From positions 38,336,001 through 38,398,000 of the forward strand of contig OX597823.1 in NCBI GenBank assembly GCA_951406725.2: 62,000 bases of DNA, written 5' to 3'. Of the stretch, positions 11,680-24,303 are shown piece by piece (positions within the stretch are counted from its first letter, which is position 1; every line of letters starts with the position of its first letter). This DNA is from Octopus vulgaris (Eukaryota). Below the pieces are notes generated by a model, which ran no database searches, was not told where the DNA came from, and saw nothing but the letters and a program-made list of their open reading frames with translations. The position numbers and the translations under genes are program-made.

Positions 11680-13185
11680 GGTGATCAGTCTATTTCTGCA
11701 TATGTGGATGATGCCACCATCACTGTATCTGATGAAACTCAGCTACCTTGTGTAGAGGATGCAATCAAAGGATACAAGGTGGTGGCACGGGCAAAAATTA
11801 ACAAGGACGAGTCCATCGGCTCAGCACCTGGAGTGGCAAGATGATACTGTCCAGTGTCCCACGACACTGGATGGAAGGTCCTGTTAAGTTGCTTGGAGTC
11901 TGGTTTGGACCAGATTCCTAGACGGAGAAGAACTGGAGTGAGGTGGCGACCCTAATCCGGACCTAGTCTGGAAGGACACTATCCTTGAAGGGGAGGGCAG
12001 AGGTGGTGCAAGTGTATATTGCATCTGTTATCACCTACCATCTGACTGTTGTCTCTTGCTCTGATTCATGGCTAAACAAGTTGGAACGCTTTCTCCTCTG
12101 CTTTTTGTGGAGGGAAGGAAAACTGCTTGTGAGGCACTCTGCTGCCAAAAACCACTAAAGGGTGGGCTAGGCATGCCATGTCTGATGATGCGCAAACATG
12201 CACTGAGACTGAGGCACCTCTGGCTCTACTTGGAGGGTGACCAGGTGTGGAATACACTGGTGGAGACATTCTTTCTGCGATGGACCTCTTTGGAGGAATT
12301 CAAACCCAATTTCATAAAAAGACAGAACTTGACTGAATGGCAAAAAGAGTGTCAATGGGCACTTGTGCTAATCCACAAGGTGAGCAAAGCCGGTAGCGGG
12401 AGTACCACCTTGATACTCTATAGCAGGCTGGTAGAGTTCAAGAGGAATAACATCCTAGGAGAAGCTCTGGGGCTCGATGAGGCTAGCTAGCCAACCTGTT
12501 TCAAAGAACTTTCAGGTCAGGGTACCTGGATAACTACCAGAAATCCCTGACCTGGCAGTGCTATAGGAGTGCTTTATCTGTTCATGATAAACTGTCTAGG
12601 TATGGGATGTCTGTGCCACCATGCCCAAGGTGCAGGCAGGATGATGAAATTGTTCTGCATGCCCTTGTACAGTGCCCGGAGCTTTTGGGCTTGATAGTTT
12701 ATGCAGAACACATGCTGTCGCATCTAGGAAGAGTACAGCTATTGGCTGAGTGCATGATTAAGATTGCACCTCTACCCAGACTATCAAAGGAAGTTGAGAC
12801 ATGTATTGAAAGAAGTCACAATGGGAACATTCATCTCCAGCCCTGGTTTGCTATATTACTTGAGATATCATCTGAAGAGCAAGATAGGGCTGGAGAAAAG
12901 ACACCTGTCACAAAGTGTATATGGAAAAAGATGGAAGGATGTGGTAAGGAAGTTTGGAGTGAATGGCCCTATGTAATATCATCCATAGTAAAGGAGTATG
13001 GTGCTGCTGGTTTTCTTCATGGCCAAGGTGTAAAATTTTAAGTGTATCTAATTTATAATTGTATCTAATATAAATCATCATATTTTTAAAATCTCATTAA
13101 AACGAACTCATAAACACTATTTGTTTGTAATGTCCTGTATTGTCCCCTCTATGTATTGATATTGTATTATCATAATAAAGAATAC
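11680..13185 (+). mobile_element. L1/Tx1-clade LINE, 3' part of ORF2 plus 3' UTR, disrupted
   Basis: SAYVDDATITV (11695), AKINKDES, LLGVWFGPD, LSLKGRAEV, KGGLGMP, and a C-x2-C-x8-H-x4-C knuckle CPRCRQDDEIVLHALVQC (12622-12675); AATAAA at 13174-13179. Confidence 0.88.
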
Positions 13186-13469
13186 ATCTCTACCAGATGA
13201 GGTGTCCAGTACTGAAGAGAAGTAGAAATAGCCTGAAACCAGACCGGTTCCATCACTAGAAGGTGGTAGGGGTTTGTTCACAGTATATCGGATACAGCTG
13301 TGTATTGTTAACCAGCTAGAGGAGATGTTCTCTTGGGGTTACAAAATCACAGTAAATTCCGCTGGAATGGAACAGCCATGTTGAAGTGGCTATGAACATT
13401 ACTTACTAGTACAACTGCTGTGATCATCTCTTAAAGAGATTTTAGAATTAGATTTTTAGCTTTTATATA

Positions 13470-13524
13470 TTATTTTATTTTTATTTTATCTTTATCTAGT
13501 TTCAGCTCACAAGCTGTGGCCATG
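13470..13524 (-). mobile_element. Extremely 5'-truncated CR1/L2-group LINE tail plus A-rich tail
   Basis: gtttcagctcacaagctgtggccatg (13499-13524) versus gtttcagctcagagctgtggccatg in the LINE 3' end near 1244-1268. Confidence 0.7.
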
Positions 13525-13732
13525 TGTATATATATATTTATTATACTTTTACAAGATGAAGGGTGGCAATAACTTTGAAGTTTCAACCTGGTAGTCTTTG
13601 TCAACCTACAATGGACAGTCTGATGAAAGCTGTCAGGATGAAACTTCAAAGTCACTGTCATTGGTCCTCTTGTACAAGTTTGATAAATATGTACTCTACA
13701 AAAAGTATTGAATAATTCATCAGTTTAATATT

Positions 13733-13944
13733 GGTTTCAAATTTTGACACAAAGCCAGCAATTTCAGGGGAGGGGAGAAGTTGTTTATATCAACCCCCAT
13801 GTTCAACTAGTACTTATTTTATCGACCCTGAAAGGATGAAAGGCAAAGTCGACCTTGGCGGAATTTGAACTCAGTATGTAAAGACAGACAAGATGTCATT
13901 AAGCATTTTGTGTTGCATGCTAATGATTCTGCCAGCTTGCTGCC
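13733..13944 (-). mobile_element. tRNA-derived SINE, family A
   Basis: Reverse complement of the head, B-box and central domain seen at 8695-8915. Confidence 0.85.
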
Positions 13945-14062
13945 TTGCCTTCAATTTAATATTAAATTGATTTTATTATAATTTGACATAAAAACAAACA
14001 TTGCATCTTGTCACAGGGTGCTGTCCTTGTCTCTTCCCTCTTTATTGTCATTTTGTTAAATA

Positions 14063-14095
<33 letters not shown>

Positions 14096-14173
14096 GCACA
14101 TACTGGCACTCATGCCACATATACACTCATATATAGACAAATACACACACACACACACATACACACATATATA

Positions 14174-14206
14174 GGCTGCAGTCAAATGACCGAAACAAGT
14201 AAAAGA
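14174..14206 (+). mobile_element. Isolated SINE family B 3' tail between (CA)n and (GT)n
   Basis: ggctgcagtcaaatgaccgaaacaagtaaaaga; the same tail occurs on the minus strand near 57222-57250. Confidence 0.7.
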
Positions 14207-17200
14207 ATGTGTGTGTGTGTGTATCATTTAACTCCTGTCTGCATGCTAGCTTGGGTTTGAGGATGACATAATACTCCAATGTTTTAGTTTTTGGCATGGT
14301 TTCTATGGCTGAATGTCTTTCATTATGTCAATCACTTTAAAAGTGTACTGAGTGCTATTTTTGTGACACCAGTATTCATGAAATTGCCATTTATAAATAT
14401 ATATATGTTTAAATATATACATATGTCTGTATGTATGTGCATGTATATACATGTGCATATATTTGTAAATATGTGTATATGTATATGCGTATTTGTATAA
14501 GTATGCATATCTATATGTGTATATCGGTATAAATATATGTACACGTATATCATATACATATAAAAAGTAGTCCATAAATAACCATCATTGATGATGGCTT
14601 AAGTGGATAAAATTTTGAAGTCACTGTCAACAACGTTCTTGTATAAGAATAAGAAATTTGTAGTCTACAAAAGTATAGAATATGATTAATGTAAAATTGT
14701 TTTTATTATAACAACATAAAAACAAACATTATGACAGACACACCTGCGCGTGCATGTGCAAACTACATATTTTGAAAGTTATATTAAGCAGAAAATATTG
14801 AAATTTTTTTTTTTATAAAAATAGAAATCAAATATATTTATTGCGTTTTTCATTTAATACTTGTAGAACTGGTTACTGGTAATTCTGTGGCTGCTACAAG
14901 TATCAATGTTTTGCACTAATAATCTGCAATTGTTAGAAATTGTGAACATGTATACTTTTGCAGGGTCTTAATATATATTTTTTTATGTGCTTATATTGAT
15001 AGTACTTCACTTAGCTGAATATATGTGACTGATATAAATGTTTGTGCCTAACATTCTACATTACTCAAATGTTTATGTATTTAGACCTACGACTGCATTT
15101 TTAACACCTGTATTTTCCATTCTCATTCATTACATTAGCATCTATTATAGAAGTCATTGATTTTTTTGCACTTAATCATCCAAGAGCATTTTTGTGTATA
15201 GCTAAAGCAGCCAGTTTATTAAAATGGATCAGTAAATGAGAAGCCTTTCAAAATAGATATATTTAGTAGATACACTGCAATTTAAGTATTCCTTTCTTAG
15301 TTTTATTTCTTTTAAAGTTTGGTTGTAGATTTACTGTTACTTATATATTATTGTGTTGTTTTATTGATCTTAGCATTGTGAAGGTTGAATCCATAATATT
15401 TTGAGTCCACTGACCTCAGTGTTTTTTATAGGTAATATATGTTAATATGTGAAAGGAAGTTTTGAACAGATATTTTTTCTATGAATCATAATTAATGTAT
15501 GTTACTGTTCTGGTATATTGGGAAAATAATTTCAATTGCTGCATAGATTCATTACATTAAGTATTGAAAAGTGCTGTAAATGATTTTAGTGTAATAAAAA
15601 CTAACCCTTTTTTATATATAATATTGTAAATTTCAGACTTGGAAGTCATTTAACAGTAACAATAGTGTTAAGTATTTTCAACATTAGAAAAATAATAATG
15701 TAAGTGGATAGAAACAATTGCACTTTTAATACTATAATTTTAACTTAGAGAAGTTTATTTTATAGTTGTTGGAAGGATTTAAGGTTTCTATAAAACGTTT
15801 GCTGTCATTGCATATAAATTTGTATATATTTACTGTAGAAAGAATGAGGACTCAATTGAGAAGAAGACGTCAGTAAAGAAATAATACGATTTTCTTTATT
15901 ATTGAAACTGCTTAATCACATTGATAAAAAGCTGCTGGATTACTGCAAATCCACAGCTAATTATATTCAATAAAGATAAGTACAAGCAAGTATATAGCAG
16001 GTGAAAAAGAATTAGTCCTAAAAATGTAATTTGCCAATAGAACCACATTTGGAAATAATATACAGGTATTCAGAAAAGCATAAATGTTCATTGCTTGTTC
16101 AATATCTAAAGAATAAATCTGTGTTTAAATAGAATATAGTTCAAATAATGTCTTTAGCAAATACCTACAGGATCAGGTTAACAACTTGTTAACCCACTAC
16201 TGTTAAGAAATATAAGAGGTTGAGACAGTGGAAAGAATTGCTTTTTTGTCTAAAGTGGATCCATCCAAACAGGCAAATTTTGAATTTCTTACAGAAATCT
16301 TTATTTTATACAATTTTTATTTTCTTTATGTTACTCAAAAATATAGAGTGATGATTGGCTAAAATTGTGTTTAGTGAGTGACCTTCATTGGGGTTATTTT
16401 GCTTGTGAGGCTGCCAACTCGCGCCAAATTCAATGCTGTGTATGTGACATGTGAGTGTATTAAAATGGCTGGTATGTGCAGCAACAGAAATAGATTGATT
16501 AAATCATGTATGTGTGAGACACATTGATGAGTAAGTCTGAGCTGAAAAACAGCTAATTTTTTTGTATCTGTATGTTGGATCAAACTAGCATCCACTTCAT
16601 ACATCTGTATAATTAAGATGGTAACATATACTCTAATTTTTCTGAAATAGAAAATTGATGCTAAAGAGAATTGAGAACAAGAATATTTAGAAATTTTTCA
16701 TTGATTATGGAAATAGTATTTTTCATTAATTCTATAACAAACTTCAAATTTATGGATCTAAAAATAATAATTCTACAAACACAAATATTTCTTTTGTTTC
16801 ATTTATAAAACTTGTGGCAAATGCAAATTAACTTCATTAATTTTGACAATGTTATTAAGAAAATTTTGCTGTAATTATTTTTCTCCCATCAACCATTTAT
16901 GCAAGGTATATTCTTTTTAATATTCATATTCTCAAAATTATATTTTATTTAAATTAGGTATATCATTTTAAAATTAAGTGTTTTGGTATTTAGATTACAT
17001 TTTTGGTTCAGTGCATTATGGTTCTAATTTATCCCAAATTTACAAATGAAGCTAGAACAGCTAGAGCATTTATTGATAAATAGGAAACAACAGCTTTCAA
17101 TGTTAGCAAATATTCAATGAGCTGTATTTGGTTACTGTGGAAACCAAGTGACAACAAGCATGCTCATTGCAGTCTATTTCTAACCCTGTCCTTTATATAA

Positions 17201-17450
17201 TCCATACTCATTCAGTTTTATTGACAGACAGGTCTACTCTTCTAATGAAATGATATTACAATAAAAATACTGATGATTGAAAATTATTTATTAATTACTG
17301 TATGCATATACATCTAAAGAAATAATATATATATGCATGTGTGTGTGCCTTTTTATATATTTGAGTATGTATGTACACACACACACACACACATACATAT
17401 CTATGTATTAATATGGATACATATTCTTGTGTCTGTATACATATTTATAT

Positions 17451-18307
17451 CATCATCATCATTATCATTTAATGTCCATTGTCCATGCTGGCATGGGATG
17501 GATGGTTTGACCAGGGCTGGTAAGCTGAGGGGCTGCACCAGACTCTAGTCTGATTTGGCATGGTTTCTACTGCTGGATGTCCTTCCTAACACCAACCATT
17601 CCAAGTGTGTAATGGATGCTTTACGTACCACCAGCATGGGTGTCAGTTTGCATGAGACCAATATCTGCTACAACTACTTGGCTTGATGGATCTTCTTCTC
17701 AAGCACATCATTTGTCATTGCCTCCATGAGGCCCAGTATACGGGAGGTGTTTTTTATGTGTCACAAGCACAGGTGCTTGTTACATAACACCAACATCAAT
17801 CACATTGCTTCTGTGAAGCTCAACGCTCAAAAGGTGCTTTTTACATGCCACAGGCACAAGTGCCAGTTACATGACACCAACAACAACCACAACTATGATT
17901 TCACCTGGCTTGGCACATCTTCTCAAGCACAGCACATCACCAAAGGCCTCGCTCACTAATCATTGCTTCTATGAAGCCTAACATTTGAAGATCATGCTTC
18001 ACCATCTTGTTCCATGTCTTCCTGGGTCTCCCTCTTCCACAGCTTCCTTCCACTTGTAGAGATCGGAACTTCTTCACATAACTGTCCACATCCATACACA
18101 TCATATGACTGTACCAACACAGTTATCACTTTTGTACACCATATCTGATACCTCTTATGCTCAGCTTCTATCTCAAGACGCTTATACTCTGTTGTACATG
18201 CACACTGACATTACATATCCAGCAAAAGCATACTAGCATCATTTCTTTCAAGTCTATGCATGTCCTTGGTAGTCACAGCCCATGTTTCACTGCCATATAA
18301 CATGGCT

Positions 18308-18309
<2 letters not shown>
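17451..18309 (-). mobile_element. RTE-clade LINE 3' fragment (RT C-terminus plus 3' UTR)
   Basis: Clear homology to 54933-55980, including the GRGRPRKT region and the (CAT)n tail. Confidence 0.85.
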
Positions 18310-18345
<36 letters not shown>

Positions 18346-18349
<4 letters not shown>

Positions 18350-18724
18350 TCGCCCGGCGTTGCTCAGGTTTGTAAGGGAAATAACTATAAAGCATTTTTA
18401 GAGAGTTATAGCCAAAAAATAGCCAAAAAATGGAAAAAAAATAATGGTAAATTTTTTTTTGAGAGTTAAAAAAGGTGGAGTTGCGTCCCCTAGACGGTCT
18501 GTGGTTTGGGTTTCTGATTCTCGACCCCATGTCGAATTTATCGATTTTTTTCAGAACTGGGGGAACTTTTCAAAATTTTCGCTGCGTTAGTTTTGAATTA
18601 TGACATTGGGCTATGTGTGTGTCAAGTTTCATCAGAATCGGTTGAAAGCCGTGGTCAGAGTGAGGGTACGAGAAAACAGACACACAGAAAACGCACAGAC
18701 AAACTGCCGTTTATATATAGAGAT
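18346..18724 (+). mobile_element. Non-autonomous Helitron/Helentron-type element (HINE/DINE-1-like), copy A
   Basis: 5' agtatcgcccggcgttgctcagg, subterminal gtcaagtttcatcagaatcggttg, 3' cagacaaactgccgtttatatatagagat; about 209 bp shared with 25019-25226; flanked by (TA)n; class assignment is from recalled HINE/DINE-1 architecture. Confidence 0.7.
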
Positions 18725-18747
18725 ATATATATATATATATATATATA

Positions 18748-19638
18748 TGAGGTGGTATCAAAATGTTTCTGGACTAGTTCTATAGCATGTCAGCAGGTCA
18801 GCAGATGGCAACATACAACTGCAAGTGCATTGAGAGCTAGAAGTGACTTCATGAGGCAGTGTGGTAAGTGACATCACTGTTTTCACTTCGGAGTTTGTGA
18901 AATTTGTGCTTTTATGATCACGTGTAAGCTGCAGTTTGTGATTTTGTCATGGACAGGAACAAAGAGCCAACAAATTTTCCATTAAACTTGGGAACTTGCA
19001 TTAAACTTGCTACAGAGACTTTGAGCAGTCTTTGGCAAGTCTACAGTGATGAGGCAGTGGATTGTATACAATGTTTTGAGTGCTACAGGTGTTTCAAAAG
19101 CAGAATATTCCTAGAAGACGATGAGCAATCTGGAAGACCTGCCACAAACGTCATCCCTGAAAATGTGATATTGTGCATTGAGAATTCATCCCCCAGGGCC
19201 AGACAGTCAATCAAAAGTTCTACTGCAATGTTTGTTTTAAAGCATTTGAGAGAGGACATTCAGTGAAAGAAACCAGATCTGTGGAGCACAAAGAATTGAA
19301 TTCTCCACTGAGCTCTCCTCACTCCTGAGTTTCTTGCCAGAAACAACATGGTGACCAAATTTAGCACCTGCAGACTTCCATCTCTTCCCCAAAATGAAAA
19401 TGCAGCTCAAAGGTCTCCATTTTAACACTGTTGTTGAGATCCAGAGTGAATTGCAGAAGGCCCTCAACTTGCTTACAGAAAATGACTTCCAGGCTGGATT
19501 CCAAATGTGGCAGGAACTCTGGGACTGGTGTATTGCTGCACAAGGTGACTATTTCAAAGGAGATGATGTTAAAACTTAAGTAAATAAGTTATTTTTTATT
19601 AAACATAACTAGTTCAGGAACTTTTTGATACCACTTCA
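18748..19638 (+). mobile_element. Internally deleted mariner (irritans-like), 891 bp, with TIRs and TA target duplication
   Basis: Left TA|tgaggtggtatcaaaatgtttctggactag; right ctagttcaggaactttttgataccacttca|TA; transposase pieces LEDDEQSGRP and WDWCIAAQGDYFKGD. Confidence 0.9.
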
Positions 19639-19679
19639 TATGTGTGTGTGTGTGTGTGTAAAAATTAGAGAAGAAATTC

Positions 19680-20650
19680 ATTCTAAGCATGGACACAAAG
19701 CCTGGACTTGAGTGACTTTAGGAAACTTACCAAAGATTAAGGTGGTAGTAAACAGGAAAAGAGACAGGACCTTAGTATCATCAAGAGAATAAGTTTATTT
19801 AATATGCAGAAAAAGAGTAAGTAGGAATACCATACACTGTAATCGGTGTAAGCTATGGACGCTCAAGAGTTGTAGTGAAATCATACGTATTGGAACAAGT
19901 TTAGGGAGCTATTAATTTTGTTGGGTATGGAAGACTTTTCCCTCAGAGTAGAGGGCAGATTGTATGATGCTTGTGTTATAACAACAATATTGCATGGTAT
20001 TAAGTTGTAAACCTTGAATACACAAGACTTGCAAAGGTTAATAAAATTGCTTCAGTGAGTGTATAATGTTAGTGTGCATGAACACCAGAATACTAATGAT
20101 TTGAGATAAAAACTAGTTAATCATATGTAGTGTGCAAGATAGAAGACTGTTGGTATGGATATGTGATGTGTATGGAGGATTACTGCAGTATAGAGAAGTG
20201 CCAAGAGCTTCAAATTAATGGAATCTTTGAAAGAGGGAGACCAAGACAGACTTGAGATGGTGAAGTGATGAAGGCTGATCTGAAAATGTTGAATCTCATG
20301 GAGGAGATGATAAAAGACTGTACTGATTGGCAATCAGTGCTGCAGAAGACCTGGCCACCAGCTGTGAAATATACCTTAACACGAGGGTATATCAGTACTC
20401 ACCAAAATCTCCTGTTCCTTCAAAATGATGAGTGAGTGGAACAATTTCTCTTGTGCTGAAATTGCAAAATGCATTCAGTGTACAAGTAAGGTGGCTGAGC
20501 AGAGAATGCATAGGGTTCTAAGGTCTCTTTATTCATCCTCTCCCGAGTTGGTACTGCGAAAAAATGTTCCCTGTCCACTCTGTAAAGAAGTTGGTTATAG
20601 ACCTGTCCAATTTATGCCAGCATGGAAAGTGGATGTAAAAACGATGATGA
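19680..20650 (+). mobile_element. Degraded RTE-clade LINE fragment
   Basis: ICRKRVSRNTIHCNRCKLW, RLYDACV..ILHG and FERGRPRQT; tail gcatggaaagtggatgtaaaaacgatgatgatg. Confidence 0.8.
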
Positions 20651-21937
20651 TGCATATACGTGTGTGTGTATGCATGTGCGTACTAGTGTGCATGCATCTA
20701 TAATACTGTTCAGCTACAATCTCATCTACTTATTGTAACACTTAACTATGGAACAAAATTGAAGAGTCTATCATGCAATGTTTTATTTGTAAGTCTATTG
20801 ACTGATAAACTATACTTAATGTTGTCAAAAACTTAACATTAGGCTGCACTTTAAAAAAGTTTGCATTTTTCACAACAAGTCTTTATCTTATCAAAATATT
20901 TAAAAATATATTTTATTATACAAATGTAGCCATTCTTGCATTGTGCAACCTCAAAAAGAAACAGTAAAATACACTAAATATCACTGTGGTGACTCCTCTA
21001 TATTGGAGGAACAACTGCATTGCCTAGCCAAGCAATTTAGTCCATGTCATGTTAAATGTCTGAAGATGTAGATTATTCATAACAAGGTTGGTTCAGCAAG
21101 TGCTCTGTTTAAGGGAGCTGCTTGCTCCTCTTGTATTGTTGAACATAATCATTTTTGTTTTCTTCTCTTATTAGGTACCAGCGACAGTCTGTCATCATAT
21201 TTGTATTCATCTGTCCCTGCTAGCTTTTTTCTGTATTTTGTTATGGCATTGTGTAAATACTTTCCTTGTTCTTCATTAACAACCCCTAAATTAACAGGGA
21301 AGTAATCTAGATGACTATGGAGGAAATGCACTTTATCTACTTACATTACATTCTCTCTTGTGAATAGAGAAAAATAAATTTGTCAATAGATCTATTTGTG
21401 GATTTGTTGTAAAAAAAAAAAAAAAATGAAATAAAATTCCCACAAGTTTTGTGGAAGCTGCTCTGTATTTTTTTTTGATAGGTTTAAAAACCTATAAATA
21501 CTTTATTTTTACATAATTTTTCTTTCTTAGAGCATCAAAGATACTTGCCTTCAATTTTTTTTTTATTTAAAGCAGGATAGATCACAATTTGAACAGGTCT
21601 TTTCCTAATAGATATTGAGTTAGAGTTATCATTTATACTAAACTGACAGTGAGGCCAAAAGCCTTATAAATTCAAACAAATACATGAGAAGAGATTTGGT
21701 GATTGGCCTTAGTTAGTTGTTGAACAACGTTGTCATCAGCATATTGTAATTCACAGATCCTTGCCTTTGTTAATCTTTCCCCTGTCACTCTGTCACATCA
21801 ATAAATCAATTCCTCTCATCATACACCCTCCTTCATGACAACCAATCAGTTCTGCTCAGTGCCATGACTTCACCCATGACTTCTCATGTCATCACTCTCT
21901 TTCCTTTTTTTTCTTTTTTGATGGTTACAAGGCAACC

Positions 21938-22262
21938 TCACTAGTGCTGGTGACATGAAAAAAGCCCCCAGTAAACTGTAAAATTGTCAGCAAAATGAGT
22001 AGAGACAACAGGGGTTTGAGAGGAGTCTTTGGTCTTGCTAAAGGCAAAAGAATAGTGCTGGTGGCACACACACAAAAAAAAAATTGCACTCTGTACACTC
22101 TGTAAAGTGGTTGGTGTTATGAAGGACATCCAGCCATAGAAATCAAGCCAAAACTAGGACATTGGAACAAGATGTGGCCCTTTGACTTGTCAGATCCTGT
22201 CAAACCACTCCATCCATACCAGTATGTAAAACAAATGTAAAATGATGAAGGTGATAATGATG
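21938..22262 (+). mobile_element. RTE-associated 3'-UTR/tail repeat
   Basis: ctgtaaagtggttggtgttatgaaggacatccagccatagaaa...; degenerate (GAT)n end. Confidence 0.72.
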
Positions 22263-22658
22263 AGATCATAGTCATAGAGCTAATGCATTTTACTTTCAGC
22301 AGTCAATCTGTACAGAAACAAATGCTTCCAGATCTTAAAAACTCTTCATAAGGAGTTTATTTCCTTTACAAGCTTTCTTAGCTAAAAATTTCCAGTTGAC
22401 ATTTTCCCTTTCTTAAGAACCTGTACTAGATTCTTCCTTTTTAGGGGGTTAATTTCCGAAGTAAGCCTACTACCTTTCATTATTATGTAGCAACTATGTG
22501 GTTGTTGCATGAGGCTTTTGTCATCATCAAGAAGTCTTATAGATTCTGCTTTAATTTTAAATGAATAGAAAAGTTTTTAAATTAATAGAAATGGTTGGAG
22601 AATGACAAAAATGGGCACGTTTGCATTTCTAGTTTATGATAGACAAAAACTGATATTA

Positions 22659-23909
22659 TCAGGTCATTCCATAAGTTCTGTCCAATTTTACCTTTTTTAA
22701 AATTCAATGAAATTTAATAGTATTTTAGAATGTCTAATGGAATTAAAAATTATTTTACAGAATAATAGAATTGAAATTTCTTTGATTAAAACCCTTTCTA
22801 ACATGGAAGTATCCAAAGAGCATTTGAGGCACATAATGCTTTATGAGTACAAAAAAGGAAACTCTGCAGCCAAAGCAACTCGAAACATACACTCAGTTTA
22901 TGGGAAAGAATGCTTGAATGAAAGAACTTACAGAAGATGGTTTGCAAAATTCAGAAGTGGAGATTTCAGCCTTGAAGATGAAGATCGAACAGGACGTCCA
23001 GTTGAATTTGATGATAAGCTCCTTGAGGCATTACTTAAAGAAAATCTTGCATTATCAGTTGAAGAATTGGCAATAAAGCTTAGTTCAAACCATACAACTG
23101 TTCATTGTCATCTTCAGCAACTTAGAAAGGTTCCTAAACTTGGAAAACGGGTGCCTCATGAATTGTCCGAAAGTAACTGCAAATCCTGAGTTGACATCTG
23201 CTCTTCTCTCCATTCTCACAAACTCATTTTACCTTTTTTGGATAGACTTGTGACTGGCGATGAAATATGGATCTTCTATCGAAATGTTAAATGTCATAAA
23301 AAGTGGCTTGGTAAAAGGGAAAAAGCTCAACCACAACCGAGAAGGGAACTTCATGGGAAAAAGGTTCTTCTCTCTATCTAGTGGGATTGCAAAGGAGTAA
23401 TTTGCTTTGAATTGTTACCACCTAATGCAACAATCAATGATCAAGTCTACTGTTAGCAATTAGAGCATTTGAACCAAGCTTTGAAGAAAAAAAGACCTGC
23501 TTTAGTGAATCAAAAAGAAGTGATCTTTCATCAGAAAATGTGCGACCCTGCACCACAAAGATCACATCACAGAAGATCAAAGAGCTTGGTTTGGAAAAAA
23601 CTCCTCATCCACCTTAATCTCCTAACCTTGCTCCTTCAGACTACTTACTATTTGTTTCATAGTTTACAGAATCATTTGGGGGACATAACTTTTGCAAGCC
23701 AGGAGGAGGTCAAAACTGACATTTCAGAGTTCTTTGCTTTGAAAGCAAAAGAGTTTTACGTTGATGGGATTAAAAAGCTTGTAAATAGACAGAAGGAAGT
23801 CATAGATAATCAGGGAAAGTACACTGATGATTAAATTTCAGCTAAATATAACATTTGATCACTTGTTTTCATTATTCAAAATTCGGACAGAACTTATGGG
23901 ATGACCTAA
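22659..23909 (+). mobile_element. Full-length (1251 bp) mariner transposon with 25-bp TIRs and TA target duplication
   Basis: Left TA|tcaggtcattccataagttctgtcc; right ggacagaacttatgggatgacctaa|TA; 2 mismatches in 25. Confidence 0.95.
22803..23834 (+). pseudogene. Mariner DD34D-type transposase pseudogene
   Basis: MEVSKEHLRHIMLYEY..., RRWFAKFRSGD, GRP, VPHEL, VTGDE, ELHGKKVLLSI*WD, PP*SPNLAPSDYYLF; several stops (e.g. TGA 23187-23189) and a frameshift near 23535. Confidence 0.93.
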
Positions 23910-24303
23910 TATATTTCAATTCGAAATTCACCTTAAGCTATCTTTACTTTCAAAAGTAGTAAAATTGTTGCTGACCAATGACCAGGAATAATATATATAT
24001 AATTATATATATGTATTATTCCAAAGACAATTGACATGGAAATAAATATTTCAAATTAAGTGCAGTACATATATTATTGATATATGCTTTAGAATCCGCG
24101 GCTCATTTGTGTAATTACTGTACTTTGTTCTCAGGGACTGTGGATTCAAATCTTGCAATATGCACTTTTCTCTCATAGGAAAATACAGTCAGCCTAATAA
24201 AAATTATTAATGTATTAGTGATATAGTTGTATTATAGTAGAGTATTATTGAAGATTATATCTTCAATTTTGTTCTGTGGTTAAGCGTGTTTAAATTATTT
24301 ACT

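Noticed and set aside
15839-15872. Purine-rich pseudo-exon (KNEDSIEKKTS) after tttactgtag
   Set aside because: Weak donor (GTAAAG), and it cannot join the 29275 exon in an open frame; a 5'-UTR role is unsupported
16176-16194. Small perfect palindromes (also 24247-24267)
   Set aside because: 9-bp arms in very AT-rich DNA are near chance level
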